28,923 nucleotides of DNA from IMG/VR virus record IMGVR_UViG_3300036546_000156, positions 1 through 28,923 of that record, one strand, 5' to 3'. Position 1 is the first letter of the stretch. Each line of letters opens with the position of its first letter. The stretch is from a virus. Lineage: Duplodnaviria; Caudoviricetes. Shown here one piece after another: positions 16,862-27,300 of the stretch. Both the position numbers and the translations under genes were made by a program. The notes below the pieces were generated by a model. The model was not told the DNA's origin, searched no databases, and worked only from the letters and a program-made list of their open reading frames with translations.

Positions 16862-17398
16862 ATGGCGGTAGCTATTAACGCAACAGAAGGCGGGGCTGAT
16901 AGCAATTCTTACGTGACGTTGGCTGAGGCTAATGCAGAGTTGGAATATGTGTTCGATTCTGAGTGGTCAAGTGCTACAGACGACGAGAAGACTATTGCGC
17001 TGGTGCTCGCAGCTCGGAAAATAGATAGTTTCGGGTATTATGGCACTATAGCTTACGAAACCCAGAAGATGCAGTTCCCTAGGTACTTCAGAGAGACTTC
17101 CAGAACAGCGACACTGCTTAGCGGTGCGACTAGTTATATTCAGAGAAACGATGTGCCTATAACCCCTGAGAATGTGAAAACTGCTCAGATACATGAGGCT
17201 CATGAGATCATAAAGATGAAGAAGTTACTCGCTAATAACCGTACAACAAGGGAAGACTTGATTCGTCAAGGTGTTAAGTGGGTACAGATGGGCGAGAACG
17301 TTTATGAGCGGTATGAAAAGAGTTATTTAGAGCCGTTTATATCTCCAGTAGCACAGAGATTAATGCAGGGAATAATCAAGACACAGGTGGCTAGCTAA
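16862..17398 (+). CDS. head-tail adaptor (often annotated DnaT-like)
   Basis: SNSYVTLAEA, QKMQFPR, PENVKTAQ; GAGGAGG RBS. Confidence 0.8.
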   Translation: MAVAINATEGGADSNSYVTLAEANAELEYVFDSEWSSATDDEKTIALVLAARKIDSFGYYGTIAYETQKMQFPRYFRETSRTATLLSGATSYIQRNDVPITPENVKTAQIHEAHEIIKMKKLLANNRTTREDLIRQGVKWVQMGENVYERYEKSYLEPFISPVAQRLMQGIIKTQVAS

Positions 17399-17745
17399 TG
17401 AGCAGAGGCTTTCTTGATGCTTATCATCAGGTAGAAGTTACTTACTGGGATGTGGTGGAAACTACTGATGATTTCGGGCAACCTGTCATGAGTGGCAGTG
17501 CTACGCTGACATTCGGTGGCGTGACAGGGAAGAGCGTTATGACTAGGGATAATAAAGGCGAGGAGTATCATAGCGAGTTACAGGTGATGCTGGATGAGGA
17601 TTTGAGCCTTAACTGTTGGATTGCAGAGGGTGATTGGACGGGGCATGACTTGGCTAATGTTGATATCGCTAGACGACCTGTTAGGAAACAGACGTTGAGA
17701 ATGATTATTGGCGACGAGATTATGGGATATGAGTATTTGTTATGA
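17398..17745 (+). CDS. head closure / stopper protein
   Basis: DDFGQP motif; position after adaptor. Confidence 0.65.
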   Translation: MSRGFLDAYHQVEVTYWDVVETTDDFGQPVMSGSATLTFGGVTGKSVMTRDNKGEEYHSELQVMLDEDLSLNCWIAEGDWTGHDLANVDIARRPVRKQTLRMIIGDEIMGYEYLL

Positions 17746-18155
17746 TAAAGCTAGAGTTTTATAACAAGGATTTTCTTAGTAAGATAAATGCTATTGCAGA
17801 CGGTTTAGATATCAGTGCTAAAGAAGCTAAGATGAGGGGCATGGCAGACATTAAGGATGTTTGCGAGATTATACTTAAAGAAGCTAAGTATGAAGCTCCA
17901 TTCGAAGATGGCGACCTTGAGGACTCAGGGAAGATATTGAGAAATGGGCTATACGCCTATATTATAAGATTCAGAGTCATGGATGGTGATTTTAATTACG
18001 CAGAGATACAGCATGAGAGTTTTCCGAGAAAGAGAATCAAGGGTAAGATAAAATATCTTGAAGACCCTTTCAATAGGCACAAGGACAAGGTTAATAGAAG
18101 GCTTGAGGTTACACTCATGAATATTTTAGAAAGAAATACGAGGGTTGGGCTATGA
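17742..18155 (+). CDS. HK97 gp10-like neck / tail completion protein
   Basis: APFEDGDLEDSG, YAEIQHE, KYLEDP. Confidence 0.8.
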   Translation: MIKLEFYNKDFLSKINAIADGLDISAKEAKMRGMADIKDVCEIILKEAKYEAPFEDGDLEDSGKILRNGLYAYIIRFRVMDGDFNYAEIQHESFPRKRIKGKIKYLEDPFNRHKDKVNRRLEVTLMNILERNTRVGL

Positions 18156-18556
18156 GTTCACCAGCTATGGATTTGAAATACAGGCTTGATAATGATGTAA
18201 GTTTTAATAAGGGTTCTTTCGTTTTCAAGGTGAGCTACGAGCCTGATGTGCCTGAGGAATGCGTTACTTTATACGATTACGCAGGTGAGAACAGGGAGTA
18301 TATGCTCGGCGGGGTTGATATAGAGAAGCCAGCCGTACAATTCAGATGTAGGAGTAACGACTATGCGACTGGTTACGATTTTCTTCGGAGTATTGCTGAT
18401 TATTTTAGGTCGGCGACATTAGAATTTGTCAATGCTGATTCAAGTTATAGTTACTGGGGATTCAGCCAGCAAAACGATATCACTTTCTTAGAGAGAGATG
18501 ATGCTAACAGGTCAATATTCGTCTTGAATTTTTACCTCAAGCGATGTAAGTTATAG
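18152..18556 (+). CDS. tail terminator
   Basis: PAVQFRCR, LERDDANRSIFVLNF; immediately before tail tube. Confidence 0.75.
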   Translation: MSSPAMDLKYRLDNDVSFNKGSFVFKVSYEPDVPEECVTLYDYAGENREYMLGGVDIEKPAVQFRCRSNDYATGYDFLRSIADYFRSATLEFVNADSSYSYWGFSQQNDITFLERDDANRSIFVLNFYLKRCKL

Positions 18557-18601
18557 AATAAGTAAATAAGTTTTATAGGTAATATTAATAGGAGATAAAG
18601 A

Positions 18602-19681
18602 ATGGCTAAAGTTAAGGGAACAGAGAGTAAGTTTTTGGTGTCTACGGATAACATAACTTATTACGCGCTGCCGATTGATTCAAGTTCACCTTCGTTTACA
18701 GCGGATGAGCTCGATGCAACAACACTGCAAGATGCCCAGTTCATGTCTATGGTTAAGGGACTAAAGAGTGGCTCGCTGTCTGGTAGCGTGAAGCTTAAGA
18801 GTGGCACCGAGTGCAAGGCTTATGTAGGTTATAAGGCTGTACTGAAGATTTCTGGCACAGCTATTGCTACTACAGCAGAGGCAATGACGCTCGTGTCAGG
18901 GCTTGTGTACAAGATTACCGATGCTACTAAGAATTGCTGGAGCAGAAATGTTGCAGTGACCGTTTATGATGGTGCTGTTGAGGTTGATGCTGCTGATATT
19001 AAGAGGATAGATTATCTTTTCGGTATAGTAGAGTTCGTATCAGGATACACCGTTACGGGTGCGATTACTGTTGACTGTAGCTATCTCCCACTCACAGTGG
19101 TTGCTGGCAGGACTGGTTATTCGCTGACTCAGACAGCAAATGTACCTGAAAGCTCCGACCTTGTTACAGTACAGGCTAACAATGGCTGGAAAGAGTATTT
19201 CAGCGGAAGAAAGACTGTGTCGCTCACACTCGATGGGAACTATGACACAACAAGCGGATTTTTTGACCTTCTGGTCGGGGACACTGTTTATGTTGTTGAA
19301 GGTACACCGGGTGGCGGCGGTGCCTCTTTCAGAGGATACTTTAACATAATCGGCTACGATTCAACTTCTGACGGGGACAATACAGTTACAGATACTATCA
19401 ACCTTAGTCTTTCTAGCGGTTGCTCCACGGGTCAATCTTTCAGTTGGAATATAGTTGCTCTTGGTGATACCACTGTTTACGATAGAGGCGTTTACGAGTG
19501 CATTAAAGCTTGGCTGGAAGGTACTCCGCTGTATTTCAAGGCTATGGTAGACGATGCTAATAATATTGGCTATACAGGTCAGGTTGTCCTTTCCGATGCG
19601 TCGCTTTCAGGTTCAATTGGCGACGTTGAGACTATGAGCGTATCAATGACCACAAGTGGTGAAGTGACTGAGGTTGCTTAA
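18602..19681 (+). CDS. major tail tube protein
   Basis: ADELDATT...VKGLKSGSLSG and GWKEYFSGRKTVSLTLDG tube motifs; position. Confidence 0.85.
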   Translation: MAKVKGTESKFLVSTDNITYYALPIDSSSPSFTADELDATTLQDAQFMSMVKGLKSGSLSGSVKLKSGTECKAYVGYKAVLKISGTAIATTAEAMTLVSGLVYKITDATKNCWSRNVAVTVYDGAVEVDAADIKRIDYLFGIVEFVSGYTVTGAITVDCSYLPLTVVAGRTGYSLTQTANVPESSDLVTVQANNGWKEYFSGRKTVSLTLDGNYDTTSGFFDLLVGDTVYVVEGTPGGGGASFRGYFNIIGYDSTSDGDNTVTDTINLSLSSGCSTGQSFSWNIVALGDTTVYDRGVYECIKAWLEGTPLYFKAMVDDANNIGYTGQVVLSDASLSGSIGDVETMSVSMTTSGEVTEVA

Positions 19682-19711
19682 ATAAATTAATTTGCTAATG
19701 AGGTGAAAAAC

Positions 19712-20074
19712 ATGGCAGGAAAGAAGAAGTTTACAAACGCTAGGGATGCGTTTTACGCAACGAAGAAGGTACCAGAGTATGTCGATATTACGGCTTCAGG
19801 TGATTGGGGTGAGCTTGAGTTCAAGGCTCGCAAGATGACATATGGCGAAGTTGTGAAGTTTTCCAAGCTTAAAGACTCGGATGACCTTGTTGAAGGCATA
19901 CTTTACCTGAGCGAAATAGGCGTAATTACTAATGCTGATGGGTCTGTGATGTTCGAGAAGGCTGACAAAGACTCTATGCTTGGTTCTGAGATGAGCGATG
20001 TTCTTGTTGACATCTACAGTGAAGTTGGCAAGATATTTGGTGCTCAGATTGAGGAAGGCAAGGAAAAAAACTAA
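19712..20074 (+). CDS. tail assembly chaperone (gpG-like)
   Basis: Between tube and tape measure; GAGGTG RBS fits ATG 19712; ends EKN* on a slippery site. Confidence 0.85.
   Translation: MAGKKKFTNARDAFYATKKVPEYVDITASGDWGELEFKARKMTYGEVVKFSKLKDSDDLVEGILYLSEIGVITNADGSVMFEKADKDSMLGSEMSDVLVDIYSEVGKIFGAQIEEGKEKN
20065..20071 (+). other. programmed -1 ribosomal frameshift site A AAA AAC
   Basis: X XXY YYZ heptamer in the correct phase before the stop; downstream stem GCAGGTG/CACCTGC. Confidence 0.85.
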
Positions 20075-20256
20075 AAGCAGGTGATAGGCGAAGCGAAGGG
20101 GCTTTGTGCTTGAAGCTTGGTTTAACACCTGCGGAATTAAGAACTTTACCGTACGAGGACTACATGTTGCTTAGCTTTGCTTATAGCGAAGAGATTAAGC
20201 AGGAGCAGGAATGGAAAAAGACGTTGCTCAGGTCTAACGGTGCTAAAATAAGATAA
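20071..20256 (+). CDS. -1 frame extension of the tail chaperone (gpT-like part of gpGT)
   Basis: LKAGDRRSEGALCLKLGLTPAELRTLPYEDYMLL...GAKIR*; no obvious independent RBS/start. Confidence 0.82.
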   Translation, partial: LKAGDRRSEGALCLKLGLTPAELRTLPYEDYMLLSFAYSEEIKQEQEWKKTLLRSNGAKIR

Positions 20257-20347
20257 TATGAAAAGGTTTGAAGGATAAGAGGTTTCACCTCCGCTCCACA
20301 ACCACACAGGAGAGGGCTTGCTTGGTTTATGCTGGGCAAGCCTTTTT
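20256..20347 (+). ncRNA. second candidate ~90-nt small RNA or structured 3' UTR
   Basis: Extended -10 TGCTAAAAT (20241-20249), TCACCTCC anti-SD-like, terminator. Confidence 0.35.
20315..20347 (+). terminator. intrinsic terminator
   Basis: GGCTTGCTTGG-TTTATG-CTGGGCAAGCC-TTTTT. Confidence 0.85.
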
Positions 20348-20441
20348 CGCTATGTATATGTTTGTACTATATCTATTATTGATATTTTTGATAGTTGTCG
20401 TATGTTAATGGAAAAGAAAAAGATTGTATAAGGTGTGATAT

Positions 20442-22751
20442 ATGGGCAAAGTTGGAGATGTATACGCTAGGCTAGGTTTGCAGGTAGCTACAGGGCAGTT
20501 TAATACTGCATCGAAAGCTATAAGGTCTATAGGGTATGATGCTATTTTTGTTTCAAAGCAAATGCATCAAACACGAGCATCAACCATTGCTCTCGGAGCT
20601 GCACTTGCTGCTTTAGGAGCAGGGGCGACTGTGGCTGGTATCGCAAGCATAGGCAAGGCTGTATATAAAACCGCTACCGAATTTGAACAGCTAAGAATAA
20701 GACTTAAGGCTGTTACTAAGGATTCTCTTGTTGCAAAACAGGGTTTTGATTGGATTGTAAAGTTCGCGAAAGAAACACCGCTTGATTTGAAAGAAACTGG
20801 CGACTCATTTGTCAAGTTAACCATGAGAGGCATAGACGCTACAAAGTCAATGCAAGCACTTGCAGATACCGTATCTGTGCTCGGTGGTGGAGAGCAAGCC
20901 TTGACAGGCATCACTAGAGCATTAACACAGATGAGTGCTAAGACTAAAGGTATAGGTCAAGAATTTAATCTGCAATTGTCCCAGTATTTAGTTGATGCGC
21001 CACAACTTTTAAACAAGCATTTTGGAACAGCAATATCCACAGCAGAGGAAGCTGTTGAGAGATTTGGCAGTGGGTATAACGTTGCCGTTGCCCTAATAGA
21101 TGCTCTTGGTAAAGAGTATGCTGGCGGAGCTGCGTTATTAATGAATACGGCTGCTGGTCAGATAGAGATGTTGCAGGATAACTTTAGAGTATTTGCGGAT
21201 AAGGTTGGACAGAAGGGTTATCTCGGTGGCATTAGGGATGCTGTAAAAGAAATCAATAACGCATTTGATAGATTAGATGCTAATGGCAAGCTGGATGACC
21301 TAGCTCAGACTTTTTCTATCGTATTGACTGGAGGCATAGTTGTAGCTATCAATGCATTAGGAAAGTTCATAAATTTGTTAGTTTCAGGTTATAGAGTAAT
21401 TGGCACCTTTACTAATAGTATTAACATCCTATTTAAATCATTAGTTGTCACAAAACTTCAGGAGAATAACGAAGAACTTGATGCGTTAAATAAGAGAATT
21501 GCAAAAGGAATTAGTCTTGTAGGCGAGAATACTAAAGAATATGAAGCCATGAATAGGGCTTTAGAGTCTAATACAAGACAAATCGAGGAGAATAATAAGA
21601 AGATAGCCGAAGCATCAATGGCTGGTAGAGACTTGGTCGATGAAAACAAGTTTTTAGAGAAGGTTTCTTTAGACGTTAAAAATGCTGTTAATGAGGTTAA
21701 CTCAGTTCTCGAACAATATAAAAGTAGCGTGATAGAAGGAGCAAAAGCAAATAATGAATTTAATGAAGAGATAGTTTCTGGCGATAAGGCTCTGTTAAAA
21801 TATACAAATGCCCTAGCGAAGGAAACTGCCGAGAAGAAAGCAAACCTCAAGGTTACTCAGCAAGCAAAAGACCTGCAAGAGAAGATTAATAAGCAAATCG
21901 CAAGGGCTAATATGAAGCCTGTTTCTTCTGGGATTGTTAAAGACCTTCAAGCATCTTTAAGAGTTAGTCAGGGTGCTAATGCGTTGTTAAGTAAGGACGA
22001 GTATGGGAACGTAGTACAAAGCAATAAGACTAACAACTCACAGAAACCACTTGGAGTAATAGAGCAACTCAAGGAACCCGAGTCAGTTTTAGCTATTGCT
22101 AATGCTTTCGGGTCGAATGTTGGCGGTGCTGTTGGTATAGGTCAGAATATACTAGACAACAACTGGGGTGGTGCTATTTCTAGTGGAATAGCTCTGATGG
22201 CTGAGAATAGTCCATCTATGAAAGAGGCTATGGAGAAGATTAACAAGTTTGTTGGGAAGATATTTGGAATACTTGGTGATACTCTAGCACCCGCTATAGA
22301 CATAGTTGCTACCACTCTCGAAGCAATGGAGCCTGTGTTGAAATTTATAGGGAAGCTGCTTGAGAAGATTGTAGGGTTCTTTTTAGGCTCTACGAGCGGA
22401 GGCAGTCAGGGGCTTGTGCCGAATACTGTACCTATATTTGGAATATTCCATGACGGCGGGATTGTTGGTAAGGATGCGAACTCTTCCAGCTACGGATTGA
22501 AGGCGGATGAGGTTCCAGCAATTCTCCAAAGTGGCGAGGTTGTTTTAAGCAGGGACACGCTTAAGAATGGTGTTGGTAGTGGCGGAACTACTATCGTACA
22601 GAATATTACTGTTAATGGAGACGTAAGCCCTGAGACAGTCGCTCTTGTAGCTAGAAGCATGAAGCAGGCGGCAAAAGAGGGTTATGATAGAGTGCTGAAT
22701 GATGTTGCTAGAGGGAATGGTCAAATAAGAAAAGCTTTGGTTGGGGGTTGA
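20442..22751 (+). CDS. tape measure protein
   Basis: 769 aa, Ala/Gly-rich helical; FAKETPL tape-measure domain; C-terminal FHDGGIVG...DEVPAILQSGEVVL. Confidence 0.93.
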   Translation: MGKVGDVYARLGLQVATGQFNTASKAIRSIGYDAIFVSKQMHQTRASTIALGAALAALGAGATVAGIASIGKAVYKTATEFEQLRIRLKAVTKDSLVAKQGFDWIVKFAKETPLDLKETGDSFVKLTMRGIDATKSMQALADTVSVLGGGEQALTGITRALTQMSAKTKGIGQEFNLQLSQYLVDAPQLLNKHFGTAISTAEEAVERFGSGYNVAVALIDALGKEYAGGAALLMNTAAGQIEMLQDNFRVFADKVGQKGYLGGIRDAVKEINNAFDRLDANGKLDDLAQTFSIVLTGGIVVAINALGKFINLLVSGYRVIGTFTNSINILFKSLVVTKLQENNEELDALNKRIAKGISLVGENTKEYEAMNRALESNTRQIEENNKKIAEASMAGRDLVDENKFLEKVSLDVKNAVNEVNSVLEQYKSSVIEGAKANNEFNEEIVSGDKALLKYTNALAKETAEKKANLKVTQQAKDLQEKINKQIARANMKPVSSGIVKDLQASLRVSQGANALLSKDEYGNVVQSNKTNNSQKPLGVIEQLKEPESVLAIANAFGSNVGGAVGIGQNILDNNWGGAISSGIALMAENSPSMKEAMEKINKFVGKIFGILGDTLAPAIDIVATTLEAMEPVLKFIGKLLEKIVGFFLGSTSGGSQGLVPNTVPIFGIFHDGGIVGKDANSSSYGLKADEVPAILQSGEVVLSRDTLKNGVGSGGTTIVQNITVNGDVSPETVALVARSMKQAAKEGYDRVLNDVARGNGQIRKALVGG

Positions 22752-22754
22752 TAA

Positions 22755-23345
22755 ATGGCGGCGATTGAATGGGTGGATGGTATAGCACCTAAAAGTATGG
22801 ATTTTAGTATTGTTTATAATAATAGAATTTTCCAATCTTCCTTTACAAATCATCAGCAAGTAGTTGGCAGTACTGGAGATTACTGGCAAGCTACTATGAA
22901 TTTTGATGTGCTGGATACTGCTAAACAGAGAGCTTTAACTGCTTTTTTTGGCAGATTGAAAGGTATGCACGGAACTGTTAAGGTTCCAACGTTTCTGAGG
23001 TATCGAACTGATAATATCGGGTCTCCAGTTATTTCGAGTGCTTTAACACAGGCTACTAGCATGGTTATTAGTGGTGTATTGCCGTCAACACAGGTTTTCA
23101 ATGCTGGTGATTACATAACTACTGGTGACGAGCTTTTTGAGATCACCGATAACGCTACAAGCAATGTGTCTGGTCAGGTTGTTGTTAATGTTAATAAGCG
23201 GATAAGGAATACGTTGAGTGCTGGCACTGCGGTTGAGTATAAGAATCCTTATTGTGTAATGAGGCTGACGAGTGACAGTTTAGGACTTAATGGTCTTGAC
23301 GGATTGTTCGCTGGGTCTAATGTTACCTTTATGGAGGCGATTTAA
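22755..23345 (+). CDS. distal tail protein (Dit-like)
   Basis: FQSSFTNHQQVV...YWQAT...FFGRLKG; follows tape measure. Confidence 0.75.
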   Translation: MAAIEWVDGIAPKSMDFSIVYNNRIFQSSFTNHQQVVGSTGDYWQATMNFDVLDTAKQRALTAFFGRLKGMHGTVKVPTFLRYRTDNIGSPVISSALTQATSMVISGVLPSTQVFNAGDYITTGDELFEITDNATSNVSGQVVVNVNKRIRNTLSAGTAVEYKNPYCVMRLTSDSLGLNGLDGLFAGSNVTFMEAI

Positions 23346-23962
23346 TGAGTATAGGAACATTTCCGTTTAGTCAGGCTGTTGTAGATATTATTACTACTGA
23401 CGAGTTCTTTATGGTCTATGCGTGCGAGCTGTTCTTTGAGGAGGAGACGCTTAGGTTTCATAGCGGAACAGGGCAGTTGGTACTGGATGGTTACACATAT
23501 ACAGGTGTTGGTGATTTTGGCGGCATAACTGCGGTTGAGGAAGACAGTCAGGGAACTTCGCCAAAGAGTATTACGCTGAGTCTTTCTGGGCTCAATAGCT
23601 CAATACTTAGTGATAGTTTATATGGTGCGAAAGGTAGAGATGCCAAGATTTATTTAGTAGTTGCTGATAAATCTGGTACTCAAGCGGCTGACGTGTTATT
23701 TCAAGGCAGAATGGACGCACCTCTGGTTAGCTATGGCGGGAATGATGGCTCAAATTCAATTAATATCACTGTTATTGACAGGATGGATAAGTGGAATAGG
23801 GTAGATACTGAGAGATGGACAGACGAGAGTCATACAAGTAGAAATGGTGCTGATGATAGATTCTTTTATGCTGTGAAGCAACTTGCTGATGCGCCTATAT
23901 ATTGGGGTTACAAGAAAGATGCACCAAGTTTTGAATATACAGTTCCAATTCCGGCGAGGTAA
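23345..23962 (+). CDS. tail tip / hub protein (DUF2163 or gpL-like)
   Basis: HSGTG...YTGVGDFGGI...LSLSG...FQGRMD...DDRFF. Confidence 0.75.
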   Translation: MSIGTFPFSQAVVDIITTDEFFMVYACELFFEEETLRFHSGTGQLVLDGYTYTGVGDFGGITAVEEDSQGTSPKSITLSLSGLNSSILSDSLYGAKGRDAKIYLVVADKSGTQAADVLFQGRMDAPLVSYGGNDGSNSINITVIDRMDKWNRVDTERWTDESHTSRNGADDRFFYAVKQLADAPIYWGYKKDAPSFEYTVPIPAR

Positions 23963-23965
23963 CGT

Positions 23966-24361
23966 ATGAGAAATAGAGAGTGGAGTAAATTTCTTGCGGA
24001 TAAGATTTGTGAGTGGATGGACTATAAGTTTAAGTGGGGTAAGAAGGATTGTTGTATTTTCGTTGGCGAATGTATAGAAGTTATGACTGGCGAGAACCCA
24101 CAGAAAGAGTTTATGGGTAAATATAGGTCTGAGAAGGGCGCATTTAGGATCTTAAGAGAAGTTGGCGGGATAGATGGGGTCTTGGGCAGGAAATACGAAA
24201 AGATCGATTTAAAGATGGTTCAGAGGGGCGATGTGGCTACTGGGATTGCTAGTGACGGCACTGAGACAGTTGCCATCTGGTTTAATGGATGGTGGAGTAC
24301 TTGCGAGAACGGTGTCGGTCGGATAGAGTTTGAGCCTAAGTGTGGATGGAGGATTAATTAA
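23966..24361 (+). CDS. NlpC/P60-like tail tip assembly protein
   Basis: FKWGKKDCCIF, QRGDV; canonical catalytic His not evident. Confidence 0.75.
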   Translation: MRNREWSKFLADKICEWMDYKFKWGKKDCCIFVGECIEVMTGENPQKEFMGKYRSEKGAFRILREVGGIDGVLGRKYEKIDLKMVQRGDVATGIASDGTETVAIWFNGWWSTCENGVGRIEFEPKCGWRIN

Positions 24362-27300
24362 TGGCTAAGAATGTACTTGGTGGGATTGGTGGTGGCTTAC
24401 TCGGGATAGCAATATGGTTCGCAGTTGGTGGTCCGACAAACCCTATTGGTTGGGCTGTTGGTGGAGCACTGCTCGGAGCTATGGCTGCGAATAGGAAAGC
24501 TCCTATTGCTGGCGAGACGAGTGCGCCTAGGGCTACTACAGTGCGGTCCGCTGTTGCACCTACTAGATATATACTAGGCAAAACATATACTGGTGGCGTA
24601 TTAACATGGGTACAGGAACAGAAGGGTGACCAGACGACTGGCGAGTGGCTACATTGCGTTTATACCTTGAGTGAAGGCAGCATAGAGGCTGTTGATGAGA
24701 TATATGTTAATGATGAGTTGATTTCGGAATATGCTGGTGTTATAGATTATGAGGTTGTGATTAACCCAACAACTGTTAATACTTATTTACTTGAGAATTG
24801 TGAAGACTGGAAGGAAACTCAGATTGGCAGGAATCTTAGCTGGGTTAGAGTGAGTTTTAAGTTCGACCAAAATAAATATAGTGGCGGTGTGCCAGATGTT
24901 AAGTTTGTTGTTAGGGGTCTGAATACGATATATGATTACAGGACTGGCACGTCTGGATATAGCGATAACCCTGTCTTATGTCTGATCTGGTACCTGAAGA
25001 ATAGACTTGGGTATACTGATGATGATTTCGTATTGGATAGTGTTATTCAAGCAGCGAATATATGCGACGAGACTGTTACGAATCCTGATGGTTCTGCAAG
25101 TAAACGGTATACTATGGGGTGCGTGCTTTCTGTTAATGAGTCAAAACCAACCGTTATTAACAAGATACTAGACTCGTTTGGCGGTAGTCTCAATGAGATC
25201 GGTGGCAGATGGATGATTGAGGCTGGAGCTTATTACGGGGCTTATGATTATACAGTTACCGAGGACATGGTTATCGGGAACGTTGATTTCAGGACAGAGG
25301 TTGCAAGTTCTGATAGTATTAATACTGTAAGAGGTATTTTTAATGATGTTGACTCTTTGATTGAAAGCGACTTCCCAGAGATAGTTGATTCCGCTTGGGT
25401 TACAGAGGATGGTGGCGAAAGTGCTATAGACCTGAACCTGTCCTATGTTTATGATGTTTACCAAGCACAGAGGCTCGCTGACATCATGTTAAGGCGTAGA
25501 CGTAGTGGTGGTTGGTTTTCACTTAAGCTTAACTATAATGGTTATAATTGCAGACCAGGAAGGGTTGTGCGGTTGCTGCTCCCTAGTCTTGGAATTGATG
25601 GCGAGTTTATAGTTGATAAGTTCTCAATGGATAATGAGGGTTGTCAGGTCGAGTTGAAGGAGTATAACGCAGGGATGTTTGATGATACTGCTGGCAGTGA
25701 GTACATCCCCTTACCTTTTATCACTGTGAGCACTGGCGGGTTGTCTGCACCGACAAACCTATCATGGACTCCTAACTACAACAGCTCTGTTCAAGGCTTA
25801 TTTAGCTGGTCGCCACCGAATGGAAGTGTTGAGAATTATGGCGTTATTATCAGAGATAGTTTTGATAATATACAGCAGACTTATCAGGTGATTGGTGCTT
25901 TTAATAGTGTAGAGGTTAGTGGCTTAGACGCTGGCGTGTATAATTTTGCGGTTTATGCAAGAAGCGCACTTGGGAAATCTGGCGAGGCAGTGCTTTCTGT
26001 TAGTATTAACGTGCCAGCCGACCCAGAGATTGTGACTTTTACTAACCAGATCGACAGTATCACTATCATACCTAGCAATCCAACCACCGATATTAATGGC
26101 GGGACGTACGAGTATTACTATAACATAACAGAGACAGCAGTCCCTGAAACCGAAGGCACAAGGCTTGGTACCGGGCAAAGTTTCACACACACAGGCTTAT
26201 CATTTGCGACAACATACCATTACTACATCAGGTCTGTTAATGCGTATGGCAAAAGTGGTTTTTATCATCTGGAGGCTATGACCTCTAATGATGTAACCGC
26301 CATTCTCGCTGCGCTTAATAAAAAAATATCTAACAGCGAGCTTACGCAGGAATTGCAGGATTCTGTCAACTCCATATCTAACCTTCAGCTTGACGTTGAC
26401 AATCTCAACCAGACTGTTAACGAGCTTCTTGTGGCACCGGATTATGATGAAAATGAGTCGGAGGTTTTAACGGGCGAAGTTCGTTTTTACACCGTTGATA
26501 ACCATATATACAGGGCAATTCAGGATATGACAGCCCTTATCCCTGTTCCGACAGATACCGACTACTGGCTTGACCTCGGCGAGTTTGAAAGCATTGTCAG
26601 TCAGATAGGTGAGCTGACAACCCAGATAGTTAATCTTGAAGCCGTCACGGGCAATCAGGGGCAGATCATATCTATTCTTCGCTCGGCTGGGCGTGATGAG
26701 GACGAAGACGGATATCTTAATGATGTTATGAACCAATATGAGGCGAACGCTCAGATCGTCGAAGAGAAGACTACCCGCATAAGTGAAAATGAGGCGCTAG
26801 CAAGGCGTATCACTACTGTCGAAGCAGAGCTAGGGGACGACCTTCAGGCAACTATTGAGCAGATAGAGCAAACCATAGCCACACTTGAGCAAGCTACAGC
26901 ACAGCAGATAACAACATTACAGGCGAGCGTAGGCGACAATCAATCAGCCATACAGGATAATGCCACAGCCATAGCTAATGTTGACGGCTCTGTATCCGCA
27001 ACACGTATACTTAAAACCGAGGTTAACAGCGGCGGCAAGCAGGTTGTCACAGGGCTAGGTCTTAAGTCTTCTATAGATGAGGGCGGGACTGTACAAAGCG
27101 AGGCTTATTTTCTCGCTAACACTTTTGCAATCATAAGTAGCATAGACGGAAACGAGTTCGTTCCTTTTACTGTGGATGCAGGCAGTGTTTACATGGATAA
27201 TGCATTTATCCGACGCCTTACTGCCGATCAATATGCAGAGCTTAGAAACACTATTGTTTATAATGGTGCCGATTCGCTGGACAACACCTACCCGATACAA

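Noticed and set aside
20278-20312. preQ1-I riboswitch (AGAGGTT...CCTC)
   Set aside because: Loop too short and no A-rich 3' tail
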